DNA from: Thermodesulfovibrionales bacterium
GTDB taxonomy: Bacteria > Nitrospirota > Thermodesulfovibrionia > Thermodesulfovibrionales > SM23-35
Reading direction: 5' to 3'
Assembly (NCBI GenBank): GCA_963715195.1
Contig: CAVQRT010000003.1
Location: 64,001-128,000 of the forward strand
DNA: 64,000 nucleotides
The notes below the pieces were generated by a model. The model saw nothing but the letters and a program-made list of their open reading frames with translations, was not told the DNA's origin and did not search any database. The position numbers were made by a program, and so were the translations under genes. Below, piece by piece: positions 38,851 through 48,023 of this stretch. The first letter of the stretch is position 1. Each line of letters begins with the position of its first letter.

Positions 38851-39874
38851 TCAGCTTTTCCCCGCTATCAGTACAATTGCATAGATTAGATACAATCCTC
38901 CGCCGAAGAGCATGGTGAAGGGTGAGATGCGTTTCCTCACCATCAGCTCGAGCAGCACTATGCATGTTGAAAAAAGCGCGATGAAGGCAGAGAAAAATGC
39001 CATGCCGGTCAGCTTCCACTCGGTAAACACTAATCCGATTGAAACCGGGAAAGTAGACTGAAAAACCATCGCACCTGTTATGTTGCCGATTGCCAAAGTA
39101 TCGCGTCCTTTCCACGTCCATGTTACGCTGTTAAATTTCTCCGGTAGTTCCGTGGCGATGGGTGCAAGGATAAGGGCAAAAAGGAGGGGGTTCATGCCGA
39201 ACCGCACCGAAACATGCTCGAGACTTTCCACAAATGTATGAGCCCCGGTTATCATCACCCCCAGGGCCCCAAGAATTTGAAACAGGATGAGTACAACATG
39301 CGGCTTCTCCGACTGTGAGAGTCCTGTCTTCCTGTACAACCTCCACAGATACATATCTTCAGAATGCTCAATTTCTGCACTTTCGCCCCTGAACGTCCGG
39401 TATGCATACATGACGTACCCGATAATGAGCAAAACAGCAATGAAGGGAGACAGTGACCTCCCCGCGACTGCCGGCAAAATGATCGCCGTCGAATACATGG
39501 CTAAAAAAAACAGGATATCCCGTTTCGTTGAATGGGCTTCCACATTGATCTCGAATTTCCTCCGTTTTCGTGCATAGGAGATCAGGACCGTAAGACCAAT
39601 CAGGAAAAAAGCGAGCGTGGACAGCATGAAGGGCGCACCAAGAATCGCGCCGACCCCAATATCATGCGCAGACGAACCGCTGTAGAAGAATATCGCCACG
39701 ATGGGGAGCAGCGTCTCGGGGAGGGCAGTCCCTACGGCAGCCAGGAGACTCCCCACAACCGCCTGCGAGAGATTGAATCTTCTTCCGAACGTTTCGACGC
39801 CGTTCGTAAACGTCTCGGCAGCGAAACAGGATCAGCAGCAGGCCGAGGAGGAGAAAGAATAACTCATAAACCAT
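38851..39874 (-). CDS. Ca2+/cation antiporter (CaCA, YrbG-like), single frameshift near 39825
   Basis: Alpha repeats GTALPE and ATELPE. The N-terminus MVYELFFLLLG... joins AAETFTNGVE if one T is removed from the TTT at 39824-39826. Confidence 0.88.
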
Positions 39875-40725
39875 CAGTGTATGACAAAAACAGGACAGGG
39901 GGCAGATTTCAAAACCGCATCGGTGACGCTGCCGATAAGCATGCCCTTGATGAATCCAAGGCCACGGGCTCCCATAACAATCAGGTCAATATCCTCTTCT
40001 TTTGCGAACGAGACGATTCGTTTATACGGCTCGCCCTGTTCCATAATACCCCGGGAATCAAAAGATGATGCGGTGAGAACATCCTCCAGTCTGCTTTTTT
40101 CCCGCTCGTATATCTTTCTCATAGCCTCTTTTTTGGCACCACGAACCTTTATTTTTTTCATGGCAGATTCCTGAAGAACATGCATGACCTCAATCTCCGA
40201 TGAAAATGTCCGTGCCAGTTCCCGGGAAATCCCGAGCGCCTGTTTTGAGGAATCCGAAAAATCCACCGGACAGAGAATTCTCCTGATGGAGATATTTCCG
40301 GCAGAGGCGGTCTCCGATTTCTTTCCCCTGACGACGAGCATGGGCATCTGCAAACCCTTGATCAACTTCTCGGAGCTGCTCCTCCGGAATCCGTGAGACG
40401 CAAATCCGAGAACAAGCAGGTCGGCTCCGGTCTTCTGTAGCGCAGTTTCGAATGACGCCTGAAGCCTCCCGACAAGAACCGTTGAATTCACCCCTATGCC
40501 TGAACCAGCCAATTCCCGCTGTATTGTCGCGAGCTTCTCTTCCGCTGAACTTTTTTCCTTTTCTATATACTGGTCAAGATATGCAGGGGGCGTTACGAGA
40601 TAATCGATAACATGGAGAAGATGAAGGGATGCCTGGAAATTTTGCGCAAACAGCGAAGCATATGCAAGGATGCGCCCTGTTTGTTTTTCAAAGTCAATTC
40701 CCGCAAGAATGTGCTGAATTTTCAT
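39874..40725 (-). CDS. Tandem universal stress protein
   Basis: ILAGIDF...ADLLVLG and ILCPVDFS...DLIVMGARG...GSVTDAVLKSAPCPV. Confidence 0.93.
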   Translation of the reverse strand: MKIQHILAGIDFEKQTGRILAYASLFAQNFQASLHLLHVIDYLVTPPAYLDQYIEKEKSSAEEKLATIQRELAGSGIGVNSTVLVGRLQASFETALQKTGADLLVLGFASHGFRRSSSEKLIKGLQMPMLVVRGKKSETASAGNISIRRILCPVDFSDSSKQALGISRELARTFSSEIEVMHVLQESAMKKIKVRGAKKEAMRKIYEREKSRLEDVLTASSFDSRGIMEQGEPYKRIVSFAKEEDIDLIVMGARGLGFIKGMLIGSVTDAVLKSAPCPVFVIH

Positions 40726-41507
40726 TATAAGGTATTCAGGCTCATCTCGATTTTCTTCTTGATCTCCCTGACTTCATTGACAGTGTCCCCGGAGTAACTG
40801 CACGGAGCAGCTCCTTTCATATCGGCTTCCATGATGGCATGGCTGTATGCGATTGAACCTATGAGATAGTGCTTTCCGATTTGACTTTCAATAAATTCGA
40901 TATCCCCTTTCCCTCTCACCTTGTTTGCAACAACAAAAACTTTGTTCACACCAAGATTACGGGCCATAGCAAAGACGGTCTTTGCTGTCTGGATGCTCCT
41001 CTGTCCGGGCTCAACGACAACAATGAAAGCGTCAACCGACTCTGCTGTGCCCCTGGTGAGATGCTCAATACCGGCTTCCATGTCAACGATGACTACCTCG
41101 CTTCGTTTCACGATGAGATGTCTCAGCAAACTTCTTAAAAGCACGTTCTCCGGACAATAACAACCTGAGGCCGCATCCTTTACTTTGCCCATGGTAAGCA
41201 AGAGAATCCGGTTCATTCGATAACCGACACCTTCAGGAAGATCGTCAACCTTTGGATTCAACGTAAATGTTCCGCCCATGCTCCCCTTTTTTGCTCCTGT
41301 CCGCGCCTGGATGAGCTCTGCCATTGCTGTAATCGGTTGTATCTTTTCTGCTTCTTCATTCGGGATACCAAGAGCCGAGGCTAAATTCGCATCAGGATCT
41401 GCATCCACTGCTATGACACTCTTGCCCTCCTCCGCATAGAGGTGAGCCAGAATAGACGCAAGAGTGGTCTTGCCTACGCCGCCTTTACCTGTAATTGCGA
41501 TTTTCAT
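40725..41507 (-). CDS. cooC: CooC/AcsF nickel-insertion ATPase
   Basis: GKGGVGKT, DADPDANL, GCYCPEN, DMEAGIEHLTRG. Confidence 0.92.
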   Translation of the reverse strand: MKIAITGKGGVGKTTLASILAHLYAEEGKSVIAVDADPDANLASALGIPNEEAEKIQPITAMAELIQARTGAKKGSMGGTFTLNPKVDDLPEGVGYRMNRILLLTMGKVKDAASGCYCPENVLLRSLLRHLIVKRSEVVIVDMEAGIEHLTRGTAESVDAFIVVVEPGQRSIQTAKTVFAMARNLGVNKVFVVANKVRGKGDIEFIESQIGKHYLIGSIAYSHAIMEADMKGAAPCSYSGDTVNEVREIKKKIEMSLNTL

Positions 41508-41515
41508 AATAGTAA

Positions 41516-41609
41516 AAAGGGGTCAAGGATCCAAGGGGACAAGGATTCAAGTGGTTGGTTTTTTTGTATCACACTCGGACCCTTGAATCCTGGACTCCTC
41601 GAACCCTTT
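41516..41609. repeat. Octamer-array palindromic element (complete, two arms)
   Basis: GGGGTCAA-GGATCCAA-GGGGACAA-GGATTCAA-GTG...CAC-TCGGACCC-TTGAATCC-TGGACTCC-TCGAACCC. Confidence 0.8.
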
Positions 41610-41610
41610 C

Positions 41611-42201
41611 TTATCCTAATACTCTTTTTGTCGATGGAATGCCTTTCACCCGCGGGTCAATAGTCACAGCCTGACGCAAAGCCCTTCCTAATGCCTTGAA
41701 TACCGCTTCAATGATGTGGTGCGTATTTCTCCCATACTGGGTTGATACGTGGAGCGTTATCCCGCTGTTGCTCACAAATGCCTGGAGAAAATCCTCAATG
41801 AGATCAGGATCAAAATTCCTCAGTTTGCCTCTCTTCGGGAATTCCACGCGATAGACAAGATAGGGCCTTCCGCTGATATCAAGACTGACAGATGCAAGCG
41901 ATTCGTCCATGGGGACGGATGCCTGACCGTACCGCGATATCCCCTTCATGTCTCTAAGCGCCTGTTTCACTGCCTTGCCCAGTACGATCCCCAGATCCTC
42001 TACGGTGTGATGGTAATCGATTTCGATATCCCCCTTTGCCTGTATCTTCATATCGATCAGTCCGTGCTTGCTCATCAACGAAAGCATATGGTCAAGAAAG
42101 GGGATGGTTGTATTTATTGCATAGGTACCTTTTCCATCGAGATCAATCGAAACCGAAATGTTGGTCTCCTTCGTTTTTCTTTCAATCTTCGCTGTTCTCA
42201 T
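41611..42201 (-). CDS. hisB: Imidazoleglycerol-phosphate dehydratase
   Basis: RKTKET, FLDHML, HHTVED, PMDE, NTHHIIEAVFKA, PSTK. Confidence 0.97.
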   Translation of the reverse strand: MRTAKIERKTKETNISVSIDLDGKGTYAINTTIPFLDHMLSLMSKHGLIDMKIQAKGDIEIDYHHTVEDLGIVLGKAVKQALRDMKGISRYGQASVPMDESLASVSLDISGRPYLVYRVEFPKRGKLRNFDPDLIEDFLQAFVSNSGITLHVSTQYGRNTHHIIEAVFKALGRALRQAVTIDPRVKGIPSTKRVLG

Positions 42202-42234
42202 ATAATCCTCAGTTATATTTTATAATTTCAATAC

Positions 42235-42329
42235 TCGAGATTCTTCGCTTCGCTCAGAATGACAGCACGTCCTCTATTTTGTCATCTCTGAAGGAGTCAC
42301 GGCTTTCGCCGGGGCGACTGAAGAATCTC
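42235..42329. repeat. REP-like doublet; the first unit is an exact inverted copy of 46677-46707
   Basis: GAGATTCTTCGCTTCGCTCAGAATGACA plus TGTCATCTCTGAAGGAG...GACTGAAGAATCTC, the latter overlapping the hisC 3' end. Confidence 0.8.
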
Positions 42330-43370
42330 AATCTTTTCAATTACTTGTTTTAGTGCATTTATGAACATCCTGTTCTCTTCCCGTGTCCCGACCGTTACCC
42401 TGAGACACCCATCGACAACCCCCTTCATGTTCCGGACGAGCACACCGTTTTTCAGAAGGCCTTCATAGACCCTATCCGGGTTTGGTACCCTGAATAAGAT
42501 GAAATTTGCCTCTGAGGGATATGGCGTGATACCGTTCATTTGTGAGAGTTTGTAAAAGAGGGTTTCCCGCTCCGATACGATTATACGAATATTCCGCCTC
42601 ATCACCGCCTTATCCTTCATCGCTTTCAGGGCAACGACCTGAGAAAGGGCATTGAGATTGAACGGAAGCCTGACCTTGTTCACTTCATGAATGATGCTCT
42701 CTTCCGCAATGAGGAAACCCACCCTCAGTCCTGCCAATCCGACCTTGCTCAGTGTCCTTATAATGACAAGGTGCTCATAGTCGCGGAGCATCGGCATGAA
42801 ACCCCGGTTACTTGCAAAAGGCTGATACGCCTCGTCAACCGCAACGATCGCCTTGCCTTTTGCCGATTCGATGATCTTCAGTATGCTTTCTGCTGCAAAA
42901 CAATTTCCTGTCGGGTTATTCGGTGAACTTAGGAAAATCAGTTTCGGCTTATTTCGCCGAATCTCAATGAGCATTCTCTTCAGATCGAGATCGAATGCAT
43001 CATCAAGCCGGACACCGATTCTCTTCTCTCCGAGGGCCTGTGCGATGATGCCGTACATCGAAAAGGTTGGAACCGGGTAAAGCACCGGCCCGCCAAAGGT
43101 CGTTATGAGATAGTAAATGAGTTCATCCGATCCATTACCCTGAAGGATGTTTCCGGGTCTGATTTTCAGATCCTTTGCGATGGTTTTCTTCAGCGATTTT
43201 GCTTCGGGGTCGGGATACCTGTTTGTCTGGACAGACTGTATAATTTCTTTCGCAATAGTGAAGCCGAAAGGGCTTTCATTCGCATCGAGCTTTGCTATGC
43301 ATGGAATTTCTTTGGCCTGATAAGCCGACAAAGATCTGATATTCGGACGAATGAGTTTTTTGATGTTCAT
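42297..43370 (-). CDS. hisC: Histidinol-phosphate aminotransferase
   Basis: LDANESP, NRYPD, GNGSDE, SPNNPTG, DEAY, RTLSKVGLAGLRVG; directly upstream of hisB. Confidence 0.95.
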   Translation of the reverse strand: MNIKKLIRPNIRSLSAYQAKEIPCIAKLDANESPFGFTIAKEIIQSVQTNRYPDPEAKSLKKTIAKDLKIRPGNILQGNGSDELIYYLITTFGGPVLYPVPTFSMYGIIAQALGEKRIGVRLDDAFDLDLKRMLIEIRRNKPKLIFLSSPNNPTGNCFAAESILKIIESAKGKAIVAVDEAYQPFASNRGFMPMLRDYEHLVIIRTLSKVGLAGLRVGFLIAEESIIHEVNKVRLPFNLNALSQVVALKAMKDKAVMRRNIRIIVSERETLFYKLSQMNGITPYPSEANFILFRVPNPDRVYEGLLKNGVLVRNMKGVVDGCLRVTVGTREENRMFINALKQVIEKIEILQSPRRKP

Positions 43371-43412
43371 GCATGTGCATTATACCACAATAAATATGGT
43401 ATATTTAGTACC

Positions 43413-45299
43413 ATGACTCAGGGCGAAGACCTTTTCGGCACAAGCTGCGAGAAAGATGAAGTCATCTTCAGAGAAGGTGATCAGGGCGACACCATGTATA
43501 TCATCCAGTCCGGGACTGTTGAGATCAGCCAGGATAAGGATGGCAAAAAACTTGTGCTTGCTCTCCTTGAGAAAGGCGACTTCTTCGGAGAGATGGCCCT
43601 GATTGACAAACACCTGCGTTCTGCCACCGCTGCAGCTGTCAGCAACAGCCGCCTTCTTCCCTTCACCCGCACGTCAATCATGGAGAGAATTCGCCAGGAT
43701 CCCGGGGTAGTCCTTCATCTGCTCACAACGCTCTGTCACCGGATTACGCAGACAAATCAGCGTCTGCATGCCATGGTGCAGAGTAATGAGGCATTACGAT
43801 CATTTGTTGAATCAAAAGGACAAATCCTTCCTGAATCAACAGAAAATGGCAGCAACTTCGAGACCTCGCCTTCTGCTGATATATCACCTAAATTCTCTGC
43901 AGATACCCATACGTCTGTTCTGCAAGAACCTCCAAAACGCACAGTTGATCTCAGCATACCACATGAAGAATGCATCCTTGTTGAAAACGGAAAAGCTGTT
44001 TTTCACCAGGGCGACCACGGGAATTCGCTCTACATCATCGTCGAGGGAGGCGTGGAGATCAGTCAGGGACCCGAAGATGACAGGAATGTCCTGGCATATT
44101 TAGGTCCCGGGGATTTCTTCGGTGAGACAGCGATGATCACTGATCAGCCCCGAACTGCTCATGCCTTTGCATTAGGAAAAACATACCTGTTCCCGATTAC
44201 CAAAGATGATTTTTTGGAGCAGTTCAAGACGAAACCGGAGCTTGCGCTATATATCCTTCAGGGACTAATCATCCGCCTCAGGGGATTGCTGGCAGTTTTA
44301 AATGATCCCACAAAATCCATTTCGACTGTGATACAAGCCTTTCCACCCCCCCTGAAAAAGAAAAGTCTGATTAGGACTGCCCTTGTCTCTCTTTCCACCT
44401 GCGGGGGCTGCGCAGCGGTTCTGCTTGAAGACCAGGATGAGCTTGCCCGTCTTCTGAAGCGCGTGAATATCTCCTACTGTCCCATGCTGATCGATGCGGA
44501 GGAACTTGGGGAGGTTGATGTTGCTGTTGTTGACGGAGTTGTGAGGGTAAAGGAAGACGAGGAAAAGATCAAAGAAGTCAGACACAAGAGCCGTTACCTC
44601 GTAGCGTGGGGTACCTGTGCCGCATCGGGCGGCATCCCCGCATATGCAAACCAGCACGAACTGGAAGAATTGATCGAAGAATCATACGGACATGCAAAGG
44701 ATCCTTTTGCCTATTATCTCTCCGGGAGCCGGGGTATTGACGGCGCAACCTACCAGGAACAGGAAAACGAACTGCAACTTCTCCGCCGTTCCCAAAAGCT
44801 GGATGACTTTGTGAGGGTCGACTACTACATTCCCGGTTGTCCGCCGAACGCCCGCCTCCTGAATCTTCTCGTGGATGAACTCAGGGGAGACGGACAGGCT
44901 GAGAAACCAAAATCGATTGTCTGCGGCGAGTGCAGCAGGAAGCATGTCAAAGCAACCGTCGAACATTTTTATATGTTCCCGCGACCGGACTGGGATGTGA
45001 GGCACTGTTTCACTTCACTGGGTGCTGTCTGCCTCGGCTTCATGACCAAGGGCGGATGCGGTGCTGTCTGCCCTCGCGGTGGTCTTCCCTGCTGGGGTTG
45101 CCGCGGACCATCCGAGACCGTCTTTAAAAAAATGGAAGAAGGGAACAGTTTTGAAGAATATATGGTTGATGCGTTTATCGCACGCCACCGCCATCTCGAG
45201 GATCAGATCAGGCCGGTTTTGAAATTATTTCGCAAGAATGCAAACAGCCCTGTGCCGTTCAGCCGGCATGCTACCAATGACAGATCGAGGATCAGATGA
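43413..45299 (+). CDS. Fusion of two cNMP-binding domains with a group-3 [NiFe]-hydrogenase small subunit (MvhG/HydD/HoxY-like)
   Basis: cNMP1 FGEMALID..RSAT and cNMP2 FGETAMIT..RTAH, each followed by a CRP-like C-helix. Then STCGGC, WGTCAASGGIP, PGCPP, VCGEC, CF..GAVCLG..TKGGCGAVCP..GLPCWGCRGP. Confidence 0.92.
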   Translation: MTQGEDLFGTSCEKDEVIFREGDQGDTMYIIQSGTVEISQDKDGKKLVLALLEKGDFFGEMALIDKHLRSATAAAVSNSRLLPFTRTSIMERIRQDPGVVLHLLTTLCHRITQTNQRLHAMVQSNEALRSFVESKGQILPESTENGSNFETSPSADISPKFSADTHTSVLQEPPKRTVDLSIPHEECILVENGKAVFHQGDHGNSLYIIVEGGVEISQGPEDDRNVLAYLGPGDFFGETAMITDQPRTAHAFALGKTYLFPITKDDFLEQFKTKPELALYILQGLIIRLRGLLAVLNDPTKSISTVIQAFPPPLKKKSLIRTALVSLSTCGGCAAVLLEDQDELARLLKRVNISYCPMLIDAEELGEVDVAVVDGVVRVKEDEEKIKEVRHKSRYLVAWGTCAASGGIPAYANQHELEELIEESYGHAKDPFAYYLSGSRGIDGATYQEQENELQLLRRSQKLDDFVRVDYYIPGCPPNARLLNLLVDELRGDGQAEKPKSIVCGECSRKHVKATVEHFYMFPRPDWDVRHCFTSLGAVCLGFMTKGGCGAVCPRGGLPCWGCRGPSETVFKKMEEGNSFEEYMVDAFIARHRHLEDQIRPVLKLFRKNANSPVPFSRHATNDRSRIR

Positions 45300-46597
45300 G
45301 CAAGAAGATTATCTTTCAGAAAGCCACACGCATCGAGGGCAATGCAAATATTCAGGTTGAGGTCGACAGAGGCAGCGTCAAGACAGCCCGTTTCATGGTC
45401 CAGGAATTCCGTGGCTTTGAAGGGTTCATGCGCGGTACCCGAGTCGAGTATGTCCCCCATATGGTGTCCAGGATCTGCGGCCTTTGTTCATCGGCACATC
45501 AGGTAGCATCCATTAAGGCCGTCGAGGAAGCACTTGGCGTTCAGACACCGCGCTCGGTGAGTGCCCTGCGTGAGATTCAAGTCCTCGGAGAGTGGATCAA
45601 CAGCCATGCCCTGAGTTATTTCTTTCTGACCATGCCGGACTTTGTCGGAGCTTCGTCAGGAATCTTCGAACTCTTGCAGAGCCACCCGGAGATCACCAAA
45701 GAAGCCTTTGCCCTGCGCGATGCGGGATTGAAAATCGTGAGGCTCCTCGGGAAACGCACATCCCATGCGGTTACGACGGGGGTCGGCCGCTTTTTTGCAG
45801 ATCCCGATCACAATGACCTCGAAGAAATTCGTGCTATCGCATCCGACGTAAAAGAACGTTCCCTGCGGCTTATTGGTCAGGTCGGGAACATTCACCTGAC
45901 TTCAAAAAGCATTCCCTTTCCCCCTGACCAGCAGATCAACTTTGTAACATATGACGGCAACCCTGCTAAAGATGTTTTCTGCGTATACAACCAGTCCGGA
46001 GCCCTCGAATTGTGCTTCAGCAGGTCAGAGTTTATGGACAATATATCGGAACTGAGGGCAGACTGGACACTGGCTAAATTTCCGTATCTGACGAAGCTGG
46101 GGTTCCCTGCCGGGATTATGCTGGTCGGCCCGCTTTCGCGCAGTTTTCAGGAAAACGGTTTTTTACACGATAAGGATTTGTCGAACCTCGAACTCGCCGC
46201 CCTGCTGCGCGACCGCACATCGCTGACACTCGAAAGCTACGATGCATGCCGCCTTCTTGAGATATACTCGGCGGCAAAGAAAATCCTCCATCTCCTCGAT
46301 GAGGTCGATCTTTCACAGATGAGCGCAGAGGTTGACCTGAAATCAAGCGGACAGGGTATCGGGGTGCTCGAAGCGCCGCGGGGTATCCTCATGCACAGCT
46401 ATTTAGTAAATCAGGGCAAGATCGAACGTATGCGCCTCATGGTCGCCACGCAGTTTAATAATGCGTATATCAATCTCCTCCTCAGGGATCTTGCCGAAAA
46501 ACATCTCGACGGAGACAGCATTTCAGCGGAAGGTGAAAGACTCATCGGCCGCTGTGTGAGGATATTCGACCCCTGCCTCAGTTGCGCCACACATTGA
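45296..46597 (+). CDS. Group-3-like [NiFe]-hydrogenase large subunit without C-terminal extension
   Basis: TRIEG, RGFE, L1 RICGLCSSAH, EAPRG, VATQFN and L2 DPCLSCATH immediately followed by TGA. ATGA overlap with the upstream gene. Confidence 0.92.
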   Translation: MSKKIIFQKATRIEGNANIQVEVDRGSVKTARFMVQEFRGFEGFMRGTRVEYVPHMVSRICGLCSSAHQVASIKAVEEALGVQTPRSVSALREIQVLGEWINSHALSYFFLTMPDFVGASSGIFELLQSHPEITKEAFALRDAGLKIVRLLGKRTSHAVTTGVGRFFADPDHNDLEEIRAIASDVKERSLRLIGQVGNIHLTSKSIPFPPDQQINFVTYDGNPAKDVFCVYNQSGALELCFSRSEFMDNISELRADWTLAKFPYLTKLGFPAGIMLVGPLSRSFQENGFLHDKDLSNLELAALLRDRTSLTLESYDACRLLEIYSAAKKILHLLDEVDLSQMSAEVDLKSSGQGIGVLEAPRGILMHSYLVNQGKIERMRLMVATQFNNAYINLLLRDLAEKHLDGDSISAEGERLIGRCVRIFDPCLSCATH

Positions 46598-46605
46598 AAA
46601 AGACA

Positions 46606-47081
46606 GGATTCGAGGATTCCAGGGGTCAAGGGTTCAGATTGCAGACTTGACCCTACTGGGGCAACTCCTTTGCCCTCTGTCATTCTGAGCGAAGCGAAGA
46701 ATCTCGAATTTTCTGCAGTGCATTTTATCCTTCATCGTTGCCGTTCCGACTTCACCGGAATCCACAGCTAAGAACCCTGCGCCAAGAGCGCAGGGCGTAA
46801 AAATCAAACTCAATACTGTCATTCTCCGGCTTGACCGGAGAATCCAGTTCCTTCTCTCTGGATTGCCCGATCAAGCCTGCCCCAGACTTCGATCGGGGGT
46901 CGGGCAATGACACAAATGAGGAAGCAATTCATCCCTGCGGCAAGACCACAGGGAGTTCTTGCTGATTATTGAATCGGATAGTGAGCGCATTCCTCGCAGC
47001 TTGCTGCGGGGTTAGCGAGCGAATATGGAAATAATAACTCCTTGCGATAAGATACCTCGCAGCTCTGCTGCGGGGTTCTTC
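46606..47081. repeat. Dense cluster of at least three short palindromic repeat families
   Basis: Octamer array 46606-46637; TGTCATT-headed REPs 46678-46705, 46817-46847, 46858-46912; hairpins 46769-46795, 46933-46963, 46992-47011, 47055-47075. Confidence 0.82.
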
Positions 47082-47141
47082 ATTGTCTCTCCACAAACTA
47101 ACTTCTTTACCGGCTGAATTGGCCTGTGCTATAGTTTACCC

Positions 47142-47594
47142 ATGAAACTTGATGACATAAGAGCTTTAGCCGAAAGACATCATATACTCCTTATCTATGT
47201 CTTTGGCTCACAGGCAGAAGCGGGGAAAAGATACCTTGAAGGCGAAAATATGATGCCCGAAGATGCTTCCGACCTTGATGTGGCAGTTCTCCTTGACGCA
47301 CCTCCTCCACAGGCCATTGAGATCTATGGGATTCTTTACAGGGAATTCTCAATAATATTTGATCCTTTTGCCATTGACCTCATATTGCTGCATGAAGCAA
47401 ATCCCCTCTTTCAATACGAAATAATTAAGGGGTTCCGGATCTATGAACGAGATGAAGTCTCTGCTGATGACTATGAGGAAAACGTAATGAAGAGGGCTGA
47501 AGACCTCTCCTATAATAAAAGGATTCTCGATAACGAAATCATGGAGTCAATAGAGAATGGTTATTTCGAATTTGAATACAGCCCGAATCCTTGA
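47142..47594 (+). CDS. Minimal nucleotidyltransferase (MntA-like antitoxin)
   Basis: YVFGSQA...SDLDVAV, IDLILL, PLFQYEII; overlaps the HEPN gene. Confidence 0.88.
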   Translation: MKLDDIRALAERHHILLIYVFGSQAEAGKRYLEGENMMPEDASDLDVAVLLDAPPPQAIEIYGILYREFSIIFDPFAIDLILLHEANPLFQYEIIKGFRIYERDEVSADDYEENVMKRAEDLSYNKRILDNEIMESIENGYFEFEYSPNP

Positions 47595-48012
47595 ACTCCT
47601 GAGATTTATCGAGAACTGTGTTCAGGAGCTGAAGCCTTTTTCAACTCTTTCAAAAGAAGATTTTCTTGCAGACAGGAAGAATCCCCCCTTCGTGGAAAGC
47701 TACCTCAGGAGAGGTCTTGAGGCTGTATTTGATATCGGAAGACATATCCTTGCGAAGACATCTGGTTTTAAAGAAATAGAATACAAAGCCATTGCGAGAG
47801 AACTTGGAGAAAAGGAAGTTATTACAAAAGAACTCTCTGAAGTATTGTACATAATGGCAGGATACAGAAATCGCATGGTTCATTTTTACAGAGAAATCAC
47901 TTCTGAGGAGCTTTATCATATTACTGCGAATAATCTGAAAGATTTCGAAAGCTTTATCAGAGAAATTGTCTCATTTATAAGAGCATACGAAGGGAAAACC
48001 AAGACAGGTTAG
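47557..48012 (+). CDS. HEPN/DUF86 RNase toxin (HepT-like)
   Basis: MAGYRNRMVHFY (Rx4H-Y), DIGRHI. Confidence 0.9.
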   Translation: MVISNLNTARILELLRFIENCVQELKPFSTLSKEDFLADRKNPPFVESYLRRGLEAVFDIGRHILAKTSGFKEIEYKAIARELGEKEVITKELSEVLYIMAGYRNRMVHFYREITSEELYHITANNLKDFESFIREIVSFIRAYEGKTKTG

Positions 48013-48023
48013 AACCACTTTTA

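Noticed and set aside
46595..46660. Selenocysteine read-through of the hydrogenase TGA ([NiFeSe] type)
   Set aside because: The TGA follows the terminal His rather than occupying a Cys ligand position, and both L2 Cys are TGC.
42235..46707. Composite mobile element carrying hisC and the hydrogenase between 31-bp inverted repeats
   Set aside because: The repeats are REP-like units likely to be common genome-wide, and hisC-hisB is a native gene pair.
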